A stretch of DNA of 64,000 nucleotides from Stegostoma tigrinum (Eukaryota): contig NC_081387.1 of assembly GCF_030684315.1 (NCBI RefSeq), forward strand, positions 26,654,647 through 26,718,646, in the 5' to 3' direction. Under the pieces are notes generated by a model. It was not told where the DNA came from. It saw nothing but the letters and a program-made list of their open reading frames with translations, and made no database searches. Within the stretch, counting starts at the first letter, position 1. Each line of letters opens with the position of its first letter. Of the stretch, positions 39,370 to 52,950 are shown piece by piece. The position numbers and the translations under genes were made by a program.

Positions 39370-41650
39370 CAAAGCCATTAGCCCTTGAATCCCTTAGCAA
39401 TCAAGAACCTTATCTATCACCGGGTTAAGTACAGTGCACAGCCCTCTGTGGCAATGAATCACGTATATTAACCATCCCCTGGCTGACGAAATTCCTCTTT
39501 GCCTCAGTTCTAAACGGTCGTCCCTCACACTTTCCCAGATTGAATTCCAGCTGCCACTTCTTTGCCCACACGCCCTGCCAAATCCTTCTGTAGCCAACCC
39601 AACTCCTCAACAATATTTTAGTGTCATCTGTCAACTTAGCAAAAGTGCCCTCAGCTCCTTTATCCAGATTGTTAATATATAACATGAATAGTTACGCTGC
39701 CAATATATACCTGTGTGGAACTTCATTAGCCACTCAATGCCATCCTTAAAAAGGGCCCTTTATCCCCACTTTCTACCTTCTACTAGTTTGCCAAACCTCT
39801 GTCCATGCTGTATCTTTCCCATAACTCCATGGGCTCTTATCTTGTTTAGTAAACTTCTGCAGCACCTTTTTAAATGCCTTCTAGAGATCCAAATAGATCA
39901 TGGCCACTTTGTCTATCTCGCTTATTACCTTTTCAAAGCATTCTAACAGATTTGTCATCCCCACAACTAAGTCATACGGACTCAGCCCTATTTTAGTACT
40001 CCACAGTCTCATCTTTAAAAATGAAATCTAAAATCTTACCAATGATCGAGCTCAGTCCAACTGGTGTATCATTTCCTGTCTTCTATTTAAGAAAAATGGG
40101 AAGCAGGAGCGCTAGATTAGCCATTTTCCAGTTCTTTGGGACACACTCTGACTCCAATGATTCCTGAAACATCACCGCCAATGCTTCCACAATCTCCTCA
40201 GTTATCAGCCACAGAACCTGGGTGTGCACTGCACCTGGTCCAGGTTATTCATCCACCTTCAGATCTTTCAGCTTACCCAGCGCTTTTTCCTTACTGATGG
40301 CCACTACACTCATCTCCCCCCACTGACTCCCATGAAATTCTGTCAGACAGCTGGCGTCTTCCATTGTGAAAACTGACACAAAGTACCTGTTGGGTACCTG
40401 TGCCATTCCTTTGTTCCCTATTACTACTTCTCCAACCTTGTTTTTCAGCATTCCAGCATCCACTCTTGCCTCTCTCTTGTGTTTTAGGTCTCTAAAACAA
40501 ACTGTTGCAGTCTTCTTTTATATTACGAACTATTTCTCATATTTCATTTTCTCACCCTTTTTTTAGTTTATTCATTATCTATTGGTTTCTAAAGCCTCCC
40601 CAACCCCTTGGTTTCCCACTAAACTTTACCACACTATGTTCTTATCTTTTACTTTTATACTTGCCCGACATCCCTTGTCAGCCACGGATATCTTGCCCAT
40701 CACAACCACCGCCCCCCCCCCCCCCCCACCCCCCACCCCTCCCCGCTTACCCAAACATTGGTTTCTTCTTCCTTAGGATGATTTTCTGCTGCATTTCCCA
40801 AATTACTCTTAGAAACTCCTGCCATTGCTGCTCTACCACATTCCCCGCTCAGCTCTCCTTCCAATCAATTCTGGACACTTCCTCCCTCATGTCCTTATAG
40901 TTACCGTTACTCAATTGCAACACCATTGCATCAGTTTCCAGCTTCTCCCCCTCAAACTGCATGGTGAATTCTATCATATTATGGTCTCTGTCCCCTACGG
41001 GATTCCTTCAACTTTAGCTCCCTAATTAAGCCTCACTATCCATCACCAAATCCAGAATTGCTTGCTCCCCAGTGATTCCTTCCACAAACTGCTCCAAAAC
41101 ACTCTTAGACATTTCACAAATTCCTTTTCTTGCAATCCACCACCAACCTGATTTTCCCAGTTCACCTGCATATAGCAGCCCCCCATGTTTACTGTAATAG
41201 TGCCTTTCTTATATGCCTTTTCAACTCCTGATTTAATTGCTCCCCCACATCCTGACTATACATGATTCCCATCAGGGTCTTTTCTCCTTTTCTGTTCTTC
41301 AACTCTAACCTTAGATATTCTACAACTTGTTTATCTCACATTTTGCTATCGATTTAATTTCATTTCTTAATAACAACGCAACATGACACTTTCTGCTGAT
41401 CTATCTTTTTTATGAGAAGTATATTCTTGGATAGTTAGATCCCAACCTTGATCCCCTTGCAGCCACATCGCTGTGAAACCCACAAGATCGTACCTGACAA
41501 TTTCAAACTACGTTACAAGTTCAATCACCTTGTTTTGCATATTGCATACATTTAAGTACAACATCCTCAGTCCTGTGTTAACTTCATGCCTTTCTCACAG
41601 TTGTCCTCTTATCAGCAGTGTCTGAGGTTAGATTCCTAACCCTTTGCATA
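39370..41650 (-). mobile_element. Degenerate CR1-type LINE ORF2 remnant
   Basis: LYINNLDKG..AKLTDDTK, KWQLEFNLGKCE, YFVSVFTMED motifs. Confidence 0.8.
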
Positions 41651-43861
41651 CTCTTCGCCCTATTATTTGTTCAGGAAAGTTTAATAAACTCCAACATTTT
41701 CCATTATTTCCCAGCCTCACTCTAGTTTAAAACTTTATCCTAAATAATGATTCTGGCTGGAGGATTTCAGTCATCTGTAGAGTTTGAAGAAGCTGGGGTT
41801 CTAGTGAAAAGAAGTTAGAGACATTTGATAGAACTGTTCAAAATCAAACCAATGCAAGACAGAGAAAAACAAAGGCGTCTCCGAGCACAAATGCATGAAT
41901 CAGTAAATGCTAAATGACTGTTATCAACGCCATTAAATAAAGCAAACAAAACACCTAGTTTTCTTTGAAAATAGATTAAGTACAGACTTGAAAAGTTGAG
42001 AATACATTCTTCAACGTATGCCTAATTGGACTACACTCCAGCCACTTCTTTGTCAACTCTCGTTGCCATATTACAGAAAAAAGAAAATGGCCATTGGAGA
42101 GGCTGCAAAAATTGCAAGGATGGGAACAAAATGCCTGGGTATTTGTATATCAGGAAGTAGGTGACAAATTGGATTTTCTTTCCCCTGAAAAAAAGGCTGC
42201 CGACGAGTGGATAAAAAGATAGCCATCAAGGAATCCATTTGGGAATTCAGATGAATCCTCTTGACCCAGGGAACTGGGAGAATGTGGGCTTGCTGGCCTC
42301 AACAAGTGGTCAGAACATATACTGTAGCATAGTTAGATTTAAAGGGAAGCTAGACATGCATTTGAGAGAACATTTTTACAATGGAAAATATAGCCGAGAG
42401 AAGATACGAGGAGGTGAGACTGAATCATAAAGAGATGTATTTTGGTTAGGCAGTATTCATGACGCTGGTTAATCAAAATGTTTATTACAATGTCAAACCA
42501 GTCACTAACAAATGCAAACAAATAGTTCTACAAATGCCTATTGTTACTCTCACTACATTCAACCTTATCTTTATGATATTTCTAATCTTAAATTACAAAT
42601 TATTTCCAAGAGTCAAGGACACCAGATGGGGTTAATCTGCCTGCCATTGCCAAATAAACTTATCACGAGCTTTTTCGTTGCCTTCTAGAAAGCAGAATGG
42701 CCGATTAAAAATTTTAATTTATTTTTTAAACACTTCAGTTTGTTTTCAGACTTTTTTTAAATTTCAGTGACAAACCTTTAATAACACCATTGGCAAGGAC
42801 GTAGGTGCCTTGGCCATTTTCAAATAGCAATTAAAGAATTTGGAGTAAAAATCCAGCATTCGCCCTACATTCTGTTTGCTCAATCAAATTCATCATCCTG
42901 TGATATCTCAGTGAAAGCGCGCACCAGAATTTCCAGCCATTAGCAAATTTTCCACAGGTAGAATTGATGGGAATGCCTACAGAAAGCACTTGATTACTAA
43001 ATTTGCCTCATTGAAAGTGCGTTGGAGTAGGTGTAGGGGCGGCATCGTTTTTAAACTGAGTTGAAATCACGAGATATGGTTCCATACGGCTGGAGGTTGC
43101 ATTAATAGGCACATGTTTCTGATACTGTCAAATATAACACTATCCCCTTCCATGTAGAAGTAACATCACGAATGATCATAACCAAAATTTTAAAATGCAC
43201 ACTGTTGAAAAACAGAATCCATATGATCAATTTAAGATTATCCAACTGGTACAATTTTTTTTGTAAAGAATGAAGTCAAAGATGTGTTTAAGAAAATCGG
43301 CAAGAAATTTGAAACTTTTCAATGGTCGGGAATGAAATTGCGTGGAAGGACTGTGAAGATAAGTTTGATCTTAACTTTCGGAATAATTAGTTGTCTACTT
43401 TAAAAGTAGAAAAAAAAAAGCGTGACTACAAGGGCTCCCTGTGGGACTGATCGGATAATTGCTTTAGAAGACCCGGCAATAATGTCATTTTGTACTTGTG
43501 ATTCGACACATGAAGAACAGTTGCTTTAAAGAAAAGTTCCGAAGGTAGAATAACATCCACTTCAATCTTGACATGTGATAACATAGAAGCTATCAAGGCA
43601 AATAGAATCGATTTAGTCGAGATGAATCAGGATGCAAATGAATTTAAAAAAAGCTCATCAGAAGCAGCGGTGCAGAAAAGTCAGTACGGGCCAGCTGAGC
43701 TATCTTGGTGCTGTGTTAAAACCCTTGCTATTCCTGATTAAAAGAGTTTGCCCTATAAATTTGTGTAGCTTACCAAGACAAATGCCTTATAGTCAAGATT
43801 GCTGTAGAGCCATAAGTTGATCGAACATTTTGATCTTAGCCCTTCGTTGGCAGTAATGCGC

Positions 43862-43877
43862 GGCTCTTAAAAGAGCC
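43862..43877 (-). terminator. Histone stem-loop of H2B-2
   Basis: CAAAA-GGCTCTTTTAAGAGCC-GCATT; HDE-like GAAGGGCT. Confidence 0.95.
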
Positions 43878-43933
43878 TTTTGTGTCCGTTTTTGATAAAG
43901 GAGGAACGATTCGTTTTCATTAGCGTGGCTAAT

Positions 43934-44320
43934 CTAAGCGGAACTGGTGTACTTGGTGACCGCTTTCGTGCCTTCAGAGACGGCGTGTTTGGCCAGTTCG
44001 CCCGGCAGCATAAGACGGACAGCGCTCTGAATTTCTCTGGCCGATATGGTCTGGCGCTTGTTGTAGTGAATCAGGTGCGAAGCCTCAGAGGCGATGCGCT
44101 CAAAAATGTCGATAACGAACGAATTCATGACATTCATAGCCTTGGACGAAATTCTTGTGGAAGGATGGACTTGGGTCAGCACCCGGTACACGTAAGTCGA
44201 ATAGCTCTGTTTACGAGTCTTTCTCCGCTTCTTAGGTGGTTTTTTAACGACTTTGCTCAGCGACTGTTTTGATGCCTTTCGGGACGCAGCGCTCTTCGCC
44301 ACAGCCGCCGACTCAGGCAT
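43934..44320 (-). CDS. H2B: Divergent histone H2B (128 aa)
   Basis: [32 protein letters not shown]...[26 protein letters not shown]. Confidence 0.95.
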   Translation of the reverse strand: MPESAAVAKSAASRKASKQSLSKVVKKPPKKRRKTRKQSYSTYVYRVLTQVHPSTRISSKAMNVMNSFVIDIFERIASEASHLIHYNKRQTISAREIQSAVRLMLPGELAKHAVSEGTKAVTKYTSSA

Positions 44321-44367
44321 GATTTCCGATCACAGCAAACTCAGAATGCTGCAGCCTGCCCGCCTCA

Positions 44368-44490
44368 TTTATATAGTTGCCGCATGCTAATGAGGGATCG
44401 GGGTGAGGCAGTTTCCTATTGGGCAATCGGCAACTTCCGAATCATAACCGTTCAGACGGTTTTCTTTCATTCGGTGATCTGAGCCAATCA
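44368..44490 (-). promoter_or_regulatory. H2B-2 promoter: CCAAT, variant octamer ATTAGCAT, TATATAAA
   Basis: Minus strand CCAATAGGAAACTGCCTCACCCCGATCCCTCATTAGCATGCGGCAACTATATAAA; an opposite-facing CCAAT at 44484. Confidence 0.8.
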
Positions 44491-45164
44491 GAAATGACGC
44501 ATGACGAAACCTTTGACCATAACGATTGTACGTCGCGCCGCTAAGGCCTAAGACTTACCCGTCTTCCGAAAGCGCCGTGGACGGATGACAGCTGGACAGC
44601 GGATCTGGACAGACTGAATTTCGTCAACCTTTAACAGCTTAGTAATAATTTTATGATTAACGCAGTCTTAGCTGAAGTCTACACGCAGCACGCTTGGTAA
44701 TATACTGTGGATGTGGTAGATATTGGCGAAACTGAAGTAGGTCTGACAGGAATAATTTTGTCCAGACGACTTCCTAGTCGCAGATAGTTCCGGTCTGCGA
44801 CCCTTCCTCGGGACCTTAACTACCTCCGTCTCGATTTTAGTTTTGTTGAACTACCAGCGTAAGCATGTTGCCAGCTTCACCTATCGCCTTTAACCCTTTT
44901 ATTTCTATTGCCCTAGAGCTGACACACCGATGGAAAGGGCTCATTCTCTGGTTTAGAAAAAAAATGCACAAGACCTACAGCAAAGTAAGGAACAGTAGTT
45001 CGTTTATTTTATTTAAAGTTTAAAAACACGACAAAGTTTTCTGGGTAAATGACTAATAAATTGCATCGCCACGCAGTAACAACCTTTTCATAATTAACAA
45101 GATCCGTTTCACAAGTTGCACCCCAGTCAAGGTTCACTAGCTTCTCTTGTGGAAATGTCTAAGC

Positions 45165-45180
45165 GGTTCTGAAAAGAGCC
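45165..45180 (-). terminator. Histone stem-loop with a stem mismatch (H1-C)
   Basis: CAAA-GGCTCTTTTCAGAACC (C-A mismatch at pair 3); HDE-like AAGAGAAGCT. Confidence 0.8.
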
Positions 45181-45197
45181 TTTGTCCGTCCCTGGGC

Positions 45198-45809
45198 CTA
45201 CCTCCTTTTCTCCAACCGTTGCTTGCGTATGGTGGTTCTGGTTGTGGCTAGTCGCCGAACGGCACATTTTCTCGATTTGGACCGGATTCTTTTGGGAGCT
45301 TTCGACCCCTTGGGGCTTCGACGCGACATTTTGGCTGACGCCGTCTCGGTTTTCGCAGACCGCCTCCTGGCTCTAGTTTTTTGCGCCGAGTTTTTCCCCA
45401 CCTCCCGCTCCTTAGCTGTCTGCAAGGAAATGGGAATCCCGGCATGCGCCGACGGGTTTTTACTGAGCGGCGCCCTCACGACTGAGTGGCTGGGCCGGGC
45501 GCCGCACCCCTCCATATCGTAGTTGGCGGCCGAGATGGTCTTCCTCATTATAGTGGCCAAAGCAGCAGGGCCTTGTCGGTCTTTGGTCACGGCCACCGCC
45601 TCCAAGATGCGCTCGGCCACTGTCGCTACGGTGGCCGCTTTCTGCGGGCGGTAGGCGCTTTTCCTCTTGGTGACCGCGGCGGGAAGAGCAGGCGGCGCCA
45701 TGTCGGTGGCCGCGGAACGGGGAGCGGCAGCGGCAGCCGGGGCAGCGGTCATCGTCGCTGGTGACGAGAGATCCACCTGAGGGGTAACGGCCTCAGCCAT
45801 AAACGACAT
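45198..45809 (-). CDS. H1: Highly divergent H1-like protein C (about 203 aa; alternative ATG at 45800)
   Basis: TVAERILEAVAVTKDRQG...RKTISAANYDME recalls H1 helices 1-2; Arg/Lys/Ser tail; stem-loop 17 nt after the stop; shared promoter motif. Confidence 0.7.
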   Translation of the reverse strand: MSFMAEAVTPQVDLSSPATMTAAPAAAAAPRSAATDMAPPALPAAVTKRKSAYRPQKAATVATVAERILEAVAVTKDRQGPAALATIMRKTISAANYDMEGCGARPSHSVVRAPLSKNPSAHAGIPISLQTAKEREVGKNSAQKTRARRRSAKTETASAKMSRRSPKGSKAPKRIRSKSRKCAVRRLATTRTTIRKQRLEKRR

Positions 45810-45867
45810 CAACAGCGATTGCAGCAGCAGCGTCGCAACAATGAGCCGGAGCTGCGGCAGCGGCCAC

Positions 45868-45890
45868 TTTATGTGGGCGCAAAGCGGACG
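45868..45890 (-). promoter_or_regulatory. HINFP/H4-box motif plus TATA-like box of H1-C
   Basis: Minus strand CGTCCGC-N10-CATAAA. Confidence 0.6.
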
Positions 45891-47246
45891 CCATAGAGCC
45901 ACACTCCGCGCAGCCGCAGATGCCGCTGCCCCGTCGTCCCTGCTCCCTCTTCTCCCCGAATCAGTAAAACGCTGCTTCCCGCCGCTTGTTCTCGGGGTGT
46001 AACACCCAGTCTCCCGGGGAGGCGGCGATCTCACCCCATTATAACTCCCAAAGTCTCCCCACGACGACGTTCTCCGCAGTTTGGAAATGTCTTTCTATCG
46101 TGACAGCCAGAGGTTTCATTCGCTTTCAGTCCCTTCTCAAAACTCATTACGGATTATGAAATAACATTCTCCAGGGTTAAGTTAAATAGATCCGAAAGTT
46201 GAACCTTGCACCTGGGTGTTTTGTACGATTGAACTATTTGAAGTATCCAACTACTCGGTTTCAGGATTTGAATAGCTTGAAATTCACTTTCAACATTCGT
46301 CATCCAGTTAAGAACAGTCAATCCAACACACTTTTACAGTTAAAACAAAGATCTGCGGATGCTGAAAACCTGAAACAAAACAGACATTGCTGGGGAAACT
46401 CATCAAGTCTGGCAGCATTTGTGAAGATAAAGGAAAGTTAATGCTTTGAGTCCGTGACCCTTCTTCAGAAATGATAACAGCTAGGTGAAGGTACTTGATA
46501 TGTTGATAACGGTGGTAAGGTGGGGAGGATGTAGGAGTAACTGATAGGTTTGAGACATCACATTTATTTGAAGTGAACTCTACAGACAGTGGTTCTGAAC
46601 AAATTTTGTCCCTTGCTCTTCATTCCAGTTTTCAAAGTTGGTGACTATATTTCTATCTGAAAAGTATGTATGAAATGGGATTCTTGCATCCCTTTATTTC
46701 TCACTTGAGTTTTGATTACCTTGGGGAATGCTCAGAACTCACATTTTGTTTGTAAAGCCCAGGTTGTCAGTTGGGATTTGAGTCAGTTTGTAAGCATGAT
46801 CCCAGAATCCTGAGAACACCACACTGACACCTCTTGTGCAGCCCTGAATGAATGCTGCTCTGTCAGTTGTGGTGGCATTTCATTTTCAGATGAGTCATTA
46901 AAGAGAGCCCCTGTCTACCCTCTAGATAGTTTATCCTAAACCGCTATTTCTGGAAGACCAATAGACTCCTTTGCTGTTCAATTATCCCTCTATTAGCATC
47001 GGATTTTGGATGCCAGGTTTTGTTATATCAGCGGTTACATTTAAAAAAAAACACCACTGATGTGGTTCTTTGGGGCATCTCGCGTTATTTAAATGGAACT
47101 TGTCAATATATGTCATTGTCTTTTTGTAAAGATTAGTGACGCCTTAGCACTGTTGCATGTGTGCAATATTCAGTAATATATTGGCATGATATAACAATTT
47201 GAAGATTTCATCTGTTCGCAATATAATCTTCCAAAATTATTCACTC

Positions 47247-47411
47247 AGAGACAGTAGGAACTGCTGATGCTAGAGTCTGAGATAACAAGGTGTGGAGCTG
47301 GGTGAACACAGTAGACCAGGCAGCATTTAGACCAAACCTAAAACATCAGCTTTCCTGCTCCTCTGTTGCTGCCTGGCCTGCTGTGTTCATCCAGCTCCAC
47401 ACCTTGTTATC
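47247..47411. mobile_element. Short Penelope-type inverted-pair insertion
   Basis: gataacaaggtgtggagctgg ... ccagctccacaccttgttatc. Confidence 0.7.
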
Positions 47412-47666
47412 TTACAAAAATATTGTTACGTTGGCTTCTGTCAAGCTGTGGGAAATACAAGCTATGGTCGCGTTCTCATTGTAATATTTTTGTAGCTTGT
47501 TGCTGCCAAACAAAAGGTTATTGAAAGCACTAATGTTTACACTAAAATCTGCAAACTATTTGTGCCTTTTGTCTAAAGGCTTTTGTTAATGGGTTGGACA
47601 AAATGAGCATTTTCAACAATTGCAGATCATTCCTAATGATGAAAAAAACGCATAGATTAATTTACA

Positions 47667-47728
47667 AGATAATAAAGTGTGAAGCTGGATGAACACATCC
47701 GGCCAAGCAGTATCTCAGGAGCACTTTT
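47667..47728 (-). mobile_element. Truncated Penelope-type terminal repeat with a perfect 14-bp TSD
   Basis: TAGATTAATTTACA at 47653-47666 and 47729-47742. Confidence 0.75.
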
Positions 47729-48865
47729 TAGATTAATTTACATCCTGGAATAATTTTAAAACAAATAAGTTTTGGATTGGGGTTTGACTAATAACAAAAT
47801 ACTTCTTTTGACGACAACCATTGTAATGCTTTCAATTGCTTGTTACCAGGAGAAGGTGTCTTTCAATAACTTCTGCTTATAATTGAAAATGAGTTTGCGT
47901 AGGAGCAATTAAACAGTAGTCTTTTGGCAGGAATCCCATGGAGTTGGCAGAAACACTGGCTCTTGAAATTTACATCATACGCATGAGATTCCTAATAATC
48001 AATCGACGTCCTGTTTGTAATCCAAACTTTTCAGTTAAGTGGTAATATAGGTGATGTCCTCTGGTATTATTACAGGACTGTTAATCTCAAGAGTCAGCTA
48101 ATGCTGTGGGGACCCAGGTTGGACCCAGGTTCCATGGTGGAATTTGAATTCAACAAAAAAAAATCTGGAGTTAAGAATCTAATGAGTCTATTGTCAACCA
48201 AACGGTGTAAATAGAACCAAACGTTGGTGGTAATGTAAGAGAGATTTGTTTTGCTTTAAGGGAACAGGATCATATCCTCCCCATAGAGGCTGCAAAAAAC
48301 TAAAGATCAACAAGAGTCGACCTTTAATATAGTTGGCTTATAGTTATTGGACAATAAAAATCAATAGCTCAATAGAGTATGAGACAAGAAACCACATTTT
48401 CATTGCACAGCATGGGAGCCCGTGTGCATATACTGGAGTACAGCATAGGAAAGTAGTCATTTGAAAATTGGACACAACTAGGGCAGGTGCAGACAGTTCA
48501 ATGATGGCTGTTTAATTGTTTTGTTCAAATGAAAGCCAGCCAATGATTTAGATAATTCAAAGTTATAAAAGTAGAAGAAGAAGATGTTCCCCAACATCAG
48601 AGATTTCTTAACTTATTACAAGTTGCATTGACTAAAACACTTAACATCACAGGAAATGTTTGTGAAGAGATTATGCTTCTACCCAGAATATAATTGTTGC
48701 TAAATATGTACTTCTGATATTACTAGACATTTCACAAAAAAAGCTTTTTTTTTGTTTTTAAAATGAAAATAAGAGGCCTTACAAGATGGTGCCCAGAAGC
48801 CACAGGACTTACTCTGCAGATTCAATTAAAGCTAAAAGCAGATTAGCAAACTGTATTAGCTGAAG

Positions 48866-49064
48866 AGATAACAAGGTGTAGAGCTGTATGAACACAGCAG
48901 GCCAAGCAACATCATAGGAGCAGGAAAGCTGACGTTTTGGGCCTAGACCCTTCTTCCGAAACATCAGCTTTCCTGTTCATATGATGCTGCTTGGCCTGTT
49001 GTGTTCATCCAGTTCTACACCTTGTTATCTCAGATTCTCCAGCATCTGCAGTTCCTACTGTCTC
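48866..49064. mobile_element. Short Penelope-type inverted-pair insertion
   Basis: Inverted arms; degenerate flanking duplication 48851-48867 / 49064-49080. Confidence 0.7.
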
Positions 49065-49737
49065 TGTGTTAGTTTAAGAGTCAGTTACAAAACATCATCA
49101 GATAATTCAGGGATTCCAGGTGAATGCATTGAAGGTGTGAAGACTGAAATACTTCTGTGGAATTGAACAGTAAGCAAGAGAGATATCACATGGAATTCCA
49201 ATATGATTGCTTTGCTTTGTGGAACAATGCTTCATCAAAATTAACATTTGCAGCCTTTTACAAAATTGAGATAAAGCAGTCTTGAAACAGATACTAATGA
49301 AAAGAATTGTCTGAAAACTAAATCATCTTGACACTGCCTCTACTTCTCATCCAGGAGACAAAGAGAGCTAACCACGATGACTGTGCAGAACCATGCGACA
49401 AGAGCCACAAACTGAAATCCGTAAAAGTAGAGCAGATGAGCTTCCAGTCACTCCCAATATGATGTAGACCGTGATTATGATTTTTCATAAAATTAGAAGT
49501 AAGTTTGGATTTTTAAGCTGTGATTTTTTTTTTCAGTCAGATCTAAGGAACTAAATAACTAATTTGTGACTTTATGTAGCCACGGTAGTTTTTAAAAAAG
49601 GATAATTTTCAGAACTGATGGGCTTTTATTTACCTTTTGGTGGTTTACAACCTAGCAAAATACACTGACGTTCTCAAGGTTTCAGTTAGAAGTTTCTGAA
49701 CCCTTTAAGTTTAGAGTGGGGAAAAAACCCATAGCTT

Positions 49738-49764
49738 AGAGAGACAGAGAGAGAGAGAGAGAGA
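49738..49764. repeat. (GA)n microsatellite
   Basis: agagagacagagagagagagagagaga. Confidence 0.8.
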
Positions 49765-50076
49765 ATTTTACAGTTTTCTTATAGTTTGGGCAGTTCTATT
49801 CATGTGTAAAGTTGCTACTGAGAAAGAGCAAGATAGTAGATTTGTTAACATTGGATTACATTAGACAAAGACGTTAGTGATAGTCCAGTCGTGAAGAATT
49901 TTTTGTGGAACTCTAAAAAAGTTACTTGATGCCAAGACTGTTTTAGAAATGGTGTGTGATAAATCTGGGAAGAATTTGTTTTTCCAGACTGGAAGTTAAA
50001 CCAAATTGAAATAGGAGGTAGGGGTTGAAGAGGGCGGTTGGGTTTGAGTTGGAAGAAGTAGGTATAGACATAGACA

Positions 50077-50997
50077 TAGAACAGTACAGCACAGCACATA
50101 CTCACACTTTTTAGGGTTAAACTCCATCTGCCACTTCTCAGCCCTGCTCTGCATTCTATCAATGTCCCTTTGTAACCCAGAACAGTCCTCTGCATAGTCC
50201 ACAATGTGACCCACCTTCATATCGTCCGCGAACTTACTAATTCATCCTTCCACTCCTTCATCCAAATCATTTACAACAATCACAAATAGAAGAGGACCCA
50301 GAACAGATCCTTGAGGTACACCACTCGTAACTGAACACCATGTAGAATATTTTCTGTTCGCTACCACCCTTTGTCTTCTTAGGGTCAGCCAATTCTGAAT
50401 CTAATTTGCCTCATTTCCCCCTACCCCATGCCTCCTTACCTTTTGCATGAGCCTACCGTGGGGAACATTATCAAACACCTCAGTTAAATCCATGCATACC
50501 ACATCCACAGGTCTACCTTCATCCATGTGCTTGATCACCTCTTCAAAGAATTCAGTAAGGTTTGTGTGGCATCACAAGTCCATGCTGACTATCACCATTC
50601 ATACTATGCCTTTTCAAGTGATAATAAATCCTGCCCCTTAGACACCACTGACATAAGACTAACTGGCCTGTAATTTCTGAGGTTATCCCTGTTCCCTTGT
50701 TTGCCTCTTTCCAATCTTCCAGCACTATACCTGTGGACAGTGAGGACGGAAAGATCATTGGCGAAGGCCCTGCGATTTCTTCCCTCGCTTGCCATAGAAT
50801 TCCTGGATAAAACCCAGGGGACTTATCTATCTCCAACTTCGTCAGCATTCCTAGCACATCTTCCTTACTAACATCAACCTCCACTAGCCTACCTGTCTGT
50901 TTCACAATGCCCTCCTCTATAACTAGGTCCCTCTCAGTTGTGAATACTGAAGGAAAGTAGTCATTAAGGACCTCTTCTATCTCTTTAGGCTCCATGC
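50077..50997 (-). mobile_element. CR1-type LINE remnant with internal deletions
   Basis: VLNDYFPSVFTTE, DKSPG, EKWQMEFNPKKCE. Confidence 0.8.
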
Positions 50998-51135
50998 ACT
51001 CTTATGTATAGAGGCTTTTGGTGTAAGGACAATTTTGTGCACCGTATAAAACATTTTGGGACCTATATGGGAGGATAGTGGAGATTTTATTTCACTGTAT
51101 CTTTCAACATCTTTAGGTAGAGGTGGCATGATGGT

Positions 51136-51449
51136 ATGGTGGCTGAGTGATTAACACTGCTGCCTCACAGACCTGGAACTTGGTTTGATTCCACCCTCAG
51201 GCGACTTTCTGTGTGGAGTTTGTACATTCTCCCCGTGTCTGCATGGATTTCCTCTGGTGCTCTGATTTCCTCCCACAGTCAAAAGATGTGCAGGCTAGGA
51301 GGTTGGGCCATGCTAAATTGTCCATAGTGTTCAGGAATGCGTAGATTGGATGGGTTATCGGGAACTGGGTCTGGGTAGAATGCTCTGAGGGTCAGTGTAC
51401 ACTTGTCGGGTGGAAGGGCCAATTTCTACACCACAGAGACTCTGTGATC
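51136..51449 (+). mobile_element. HE1-like SINE
   Basis: SINE head and central domain as in the other copies. Confidence 0.8.
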
Positions 51450-52646
51450 TTTATTTTACCTTGAACTGAGTGGCTTGCTCAGCCATTTCAGAGGGGAAGT
51501 TGAGTCAACCACATTATTGTGGGTCTGGAGTCATTCATAAGCCAGACCAGGCAAGAATGGCAGTTTTCCTTCCCTACAGATGAGTGTTTTTTTTGATAAC
51601 AACTAACAATGGTTTCAAGGTCATCTTTAGACTTCTAATTCCAAATTTATATTTTGTTGATTTCAAGCTCTACCAATTCAGATTTGGGCCCAGGTTGCTG
51701 TAACACTCCCTCTTGCCTATTATATCCATTCACAACCCCACGATGCTATCCATCCACTCTCAGCCCAGGGTAATTGTTTTTTGAAAAAAAGCTTTATTAT
51801 GGACAGTGTGGTATGCGTGCCCTCTGATTGTAAATTTCAATGTGTTTACTGAATTTATGGAGGTGAAAATGAATGTTACGCAATATTGTACCAGCTGCCT
51901 GTTACACTTGCCACACAATAGTCAGTTCCATAGTGTCCTATGAATCTGGATGTGGGGTGGAATCTTAAACAGCTGAACCCTGCAAGCCATCAAGTAAATT
52001 TTTACTCTATGCAACCTCACGGTCCCAGGAACATGGGCATCTGCCTCGCACTCTCCAGCTTTTGAATTGTTACCTTTTTTGTTTTAACTTGCATTTCACA
52101 TTTTATTTTTTGCTTTTTGACTTTTTTCCTTCACTTCAGAGAGATGCAATAATTCGCTTCCCAGGACTTTTCTTTGTTACACACTGACTGACTGATTTTC
52201 TCTTGGCTTTTGACAGGACTCTGCAGCCACTAACCTTCAGAACTTCTGCAGTCTGTAGCTGAGGCAGGAAAGTGAAAATGGTGATGTGAAGCTAATTTTG
52301 TCCCAGCCAACATCTCATCACATCTCTCTCATGGTGAAACACTTCTTATTTCAAGTCACAGCTGCCATTCCAGTAAGCTTTGTCTTCCAGTTTGATCGTG
52401 CTATTGAATGGGGGGGGGGGGGGGGGGGGGTAAACACTCTGCTTCGTTGCATTGCAGCAGTGAAGTTGCATATGGAGGATCATACCTTCTATCTCACTAT
52501 TTCCCCAACTTCTTGTTTAACCAGGTAGCAGTGAAATTGCCCCTAACCTTGAGCTATCATCCCCTGCTAAAACGAACACTTCAGAAGACATTTTATGACT
52601 AATTTCTGCCTGACTGTAACATATCAGCTTAGAAATTAAATGTGGC

Positions 52647-52950
52647 NNNNNNNNNNNNNNNNNNNNNNNNNNNNNNNNNNNNNNNNNNNNNNNNNNNNNN
52701 NNNNNNNNNNNNNNNNNNNNNNNNNNNNNNNNNNNNNNNNNNNNNNNNNNNNNNNNNNNNNNNNNNNNNNNNNNNNNNNNNNNNNNNNNNNNNNNNNNNN
52801 NNNNNNNNNNNNNNNNNNNNNNNNNNNNNNNNNNNNNNNNNNNNNNNNNNNNNNNNNNNNNNNNNNNNNNNNNNNNNNNNNNNNNNNNNNNNNNNNNNNN
52901 NNNNNNNNNNNNNNNNNNNNNNNNNNNNNNNNNNNNNNNNNNNNNNNNNN
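52647..52950. other. Assembly gap (304 N)
   Basis: Run of N. Confidence 1.

Noticed and set aside
52410-52430. Poly-G run (and C-runs at about 40712 and 56724)
   Set aside because: Simple homopolymers, error-prone in assemblies, with no supporting context.
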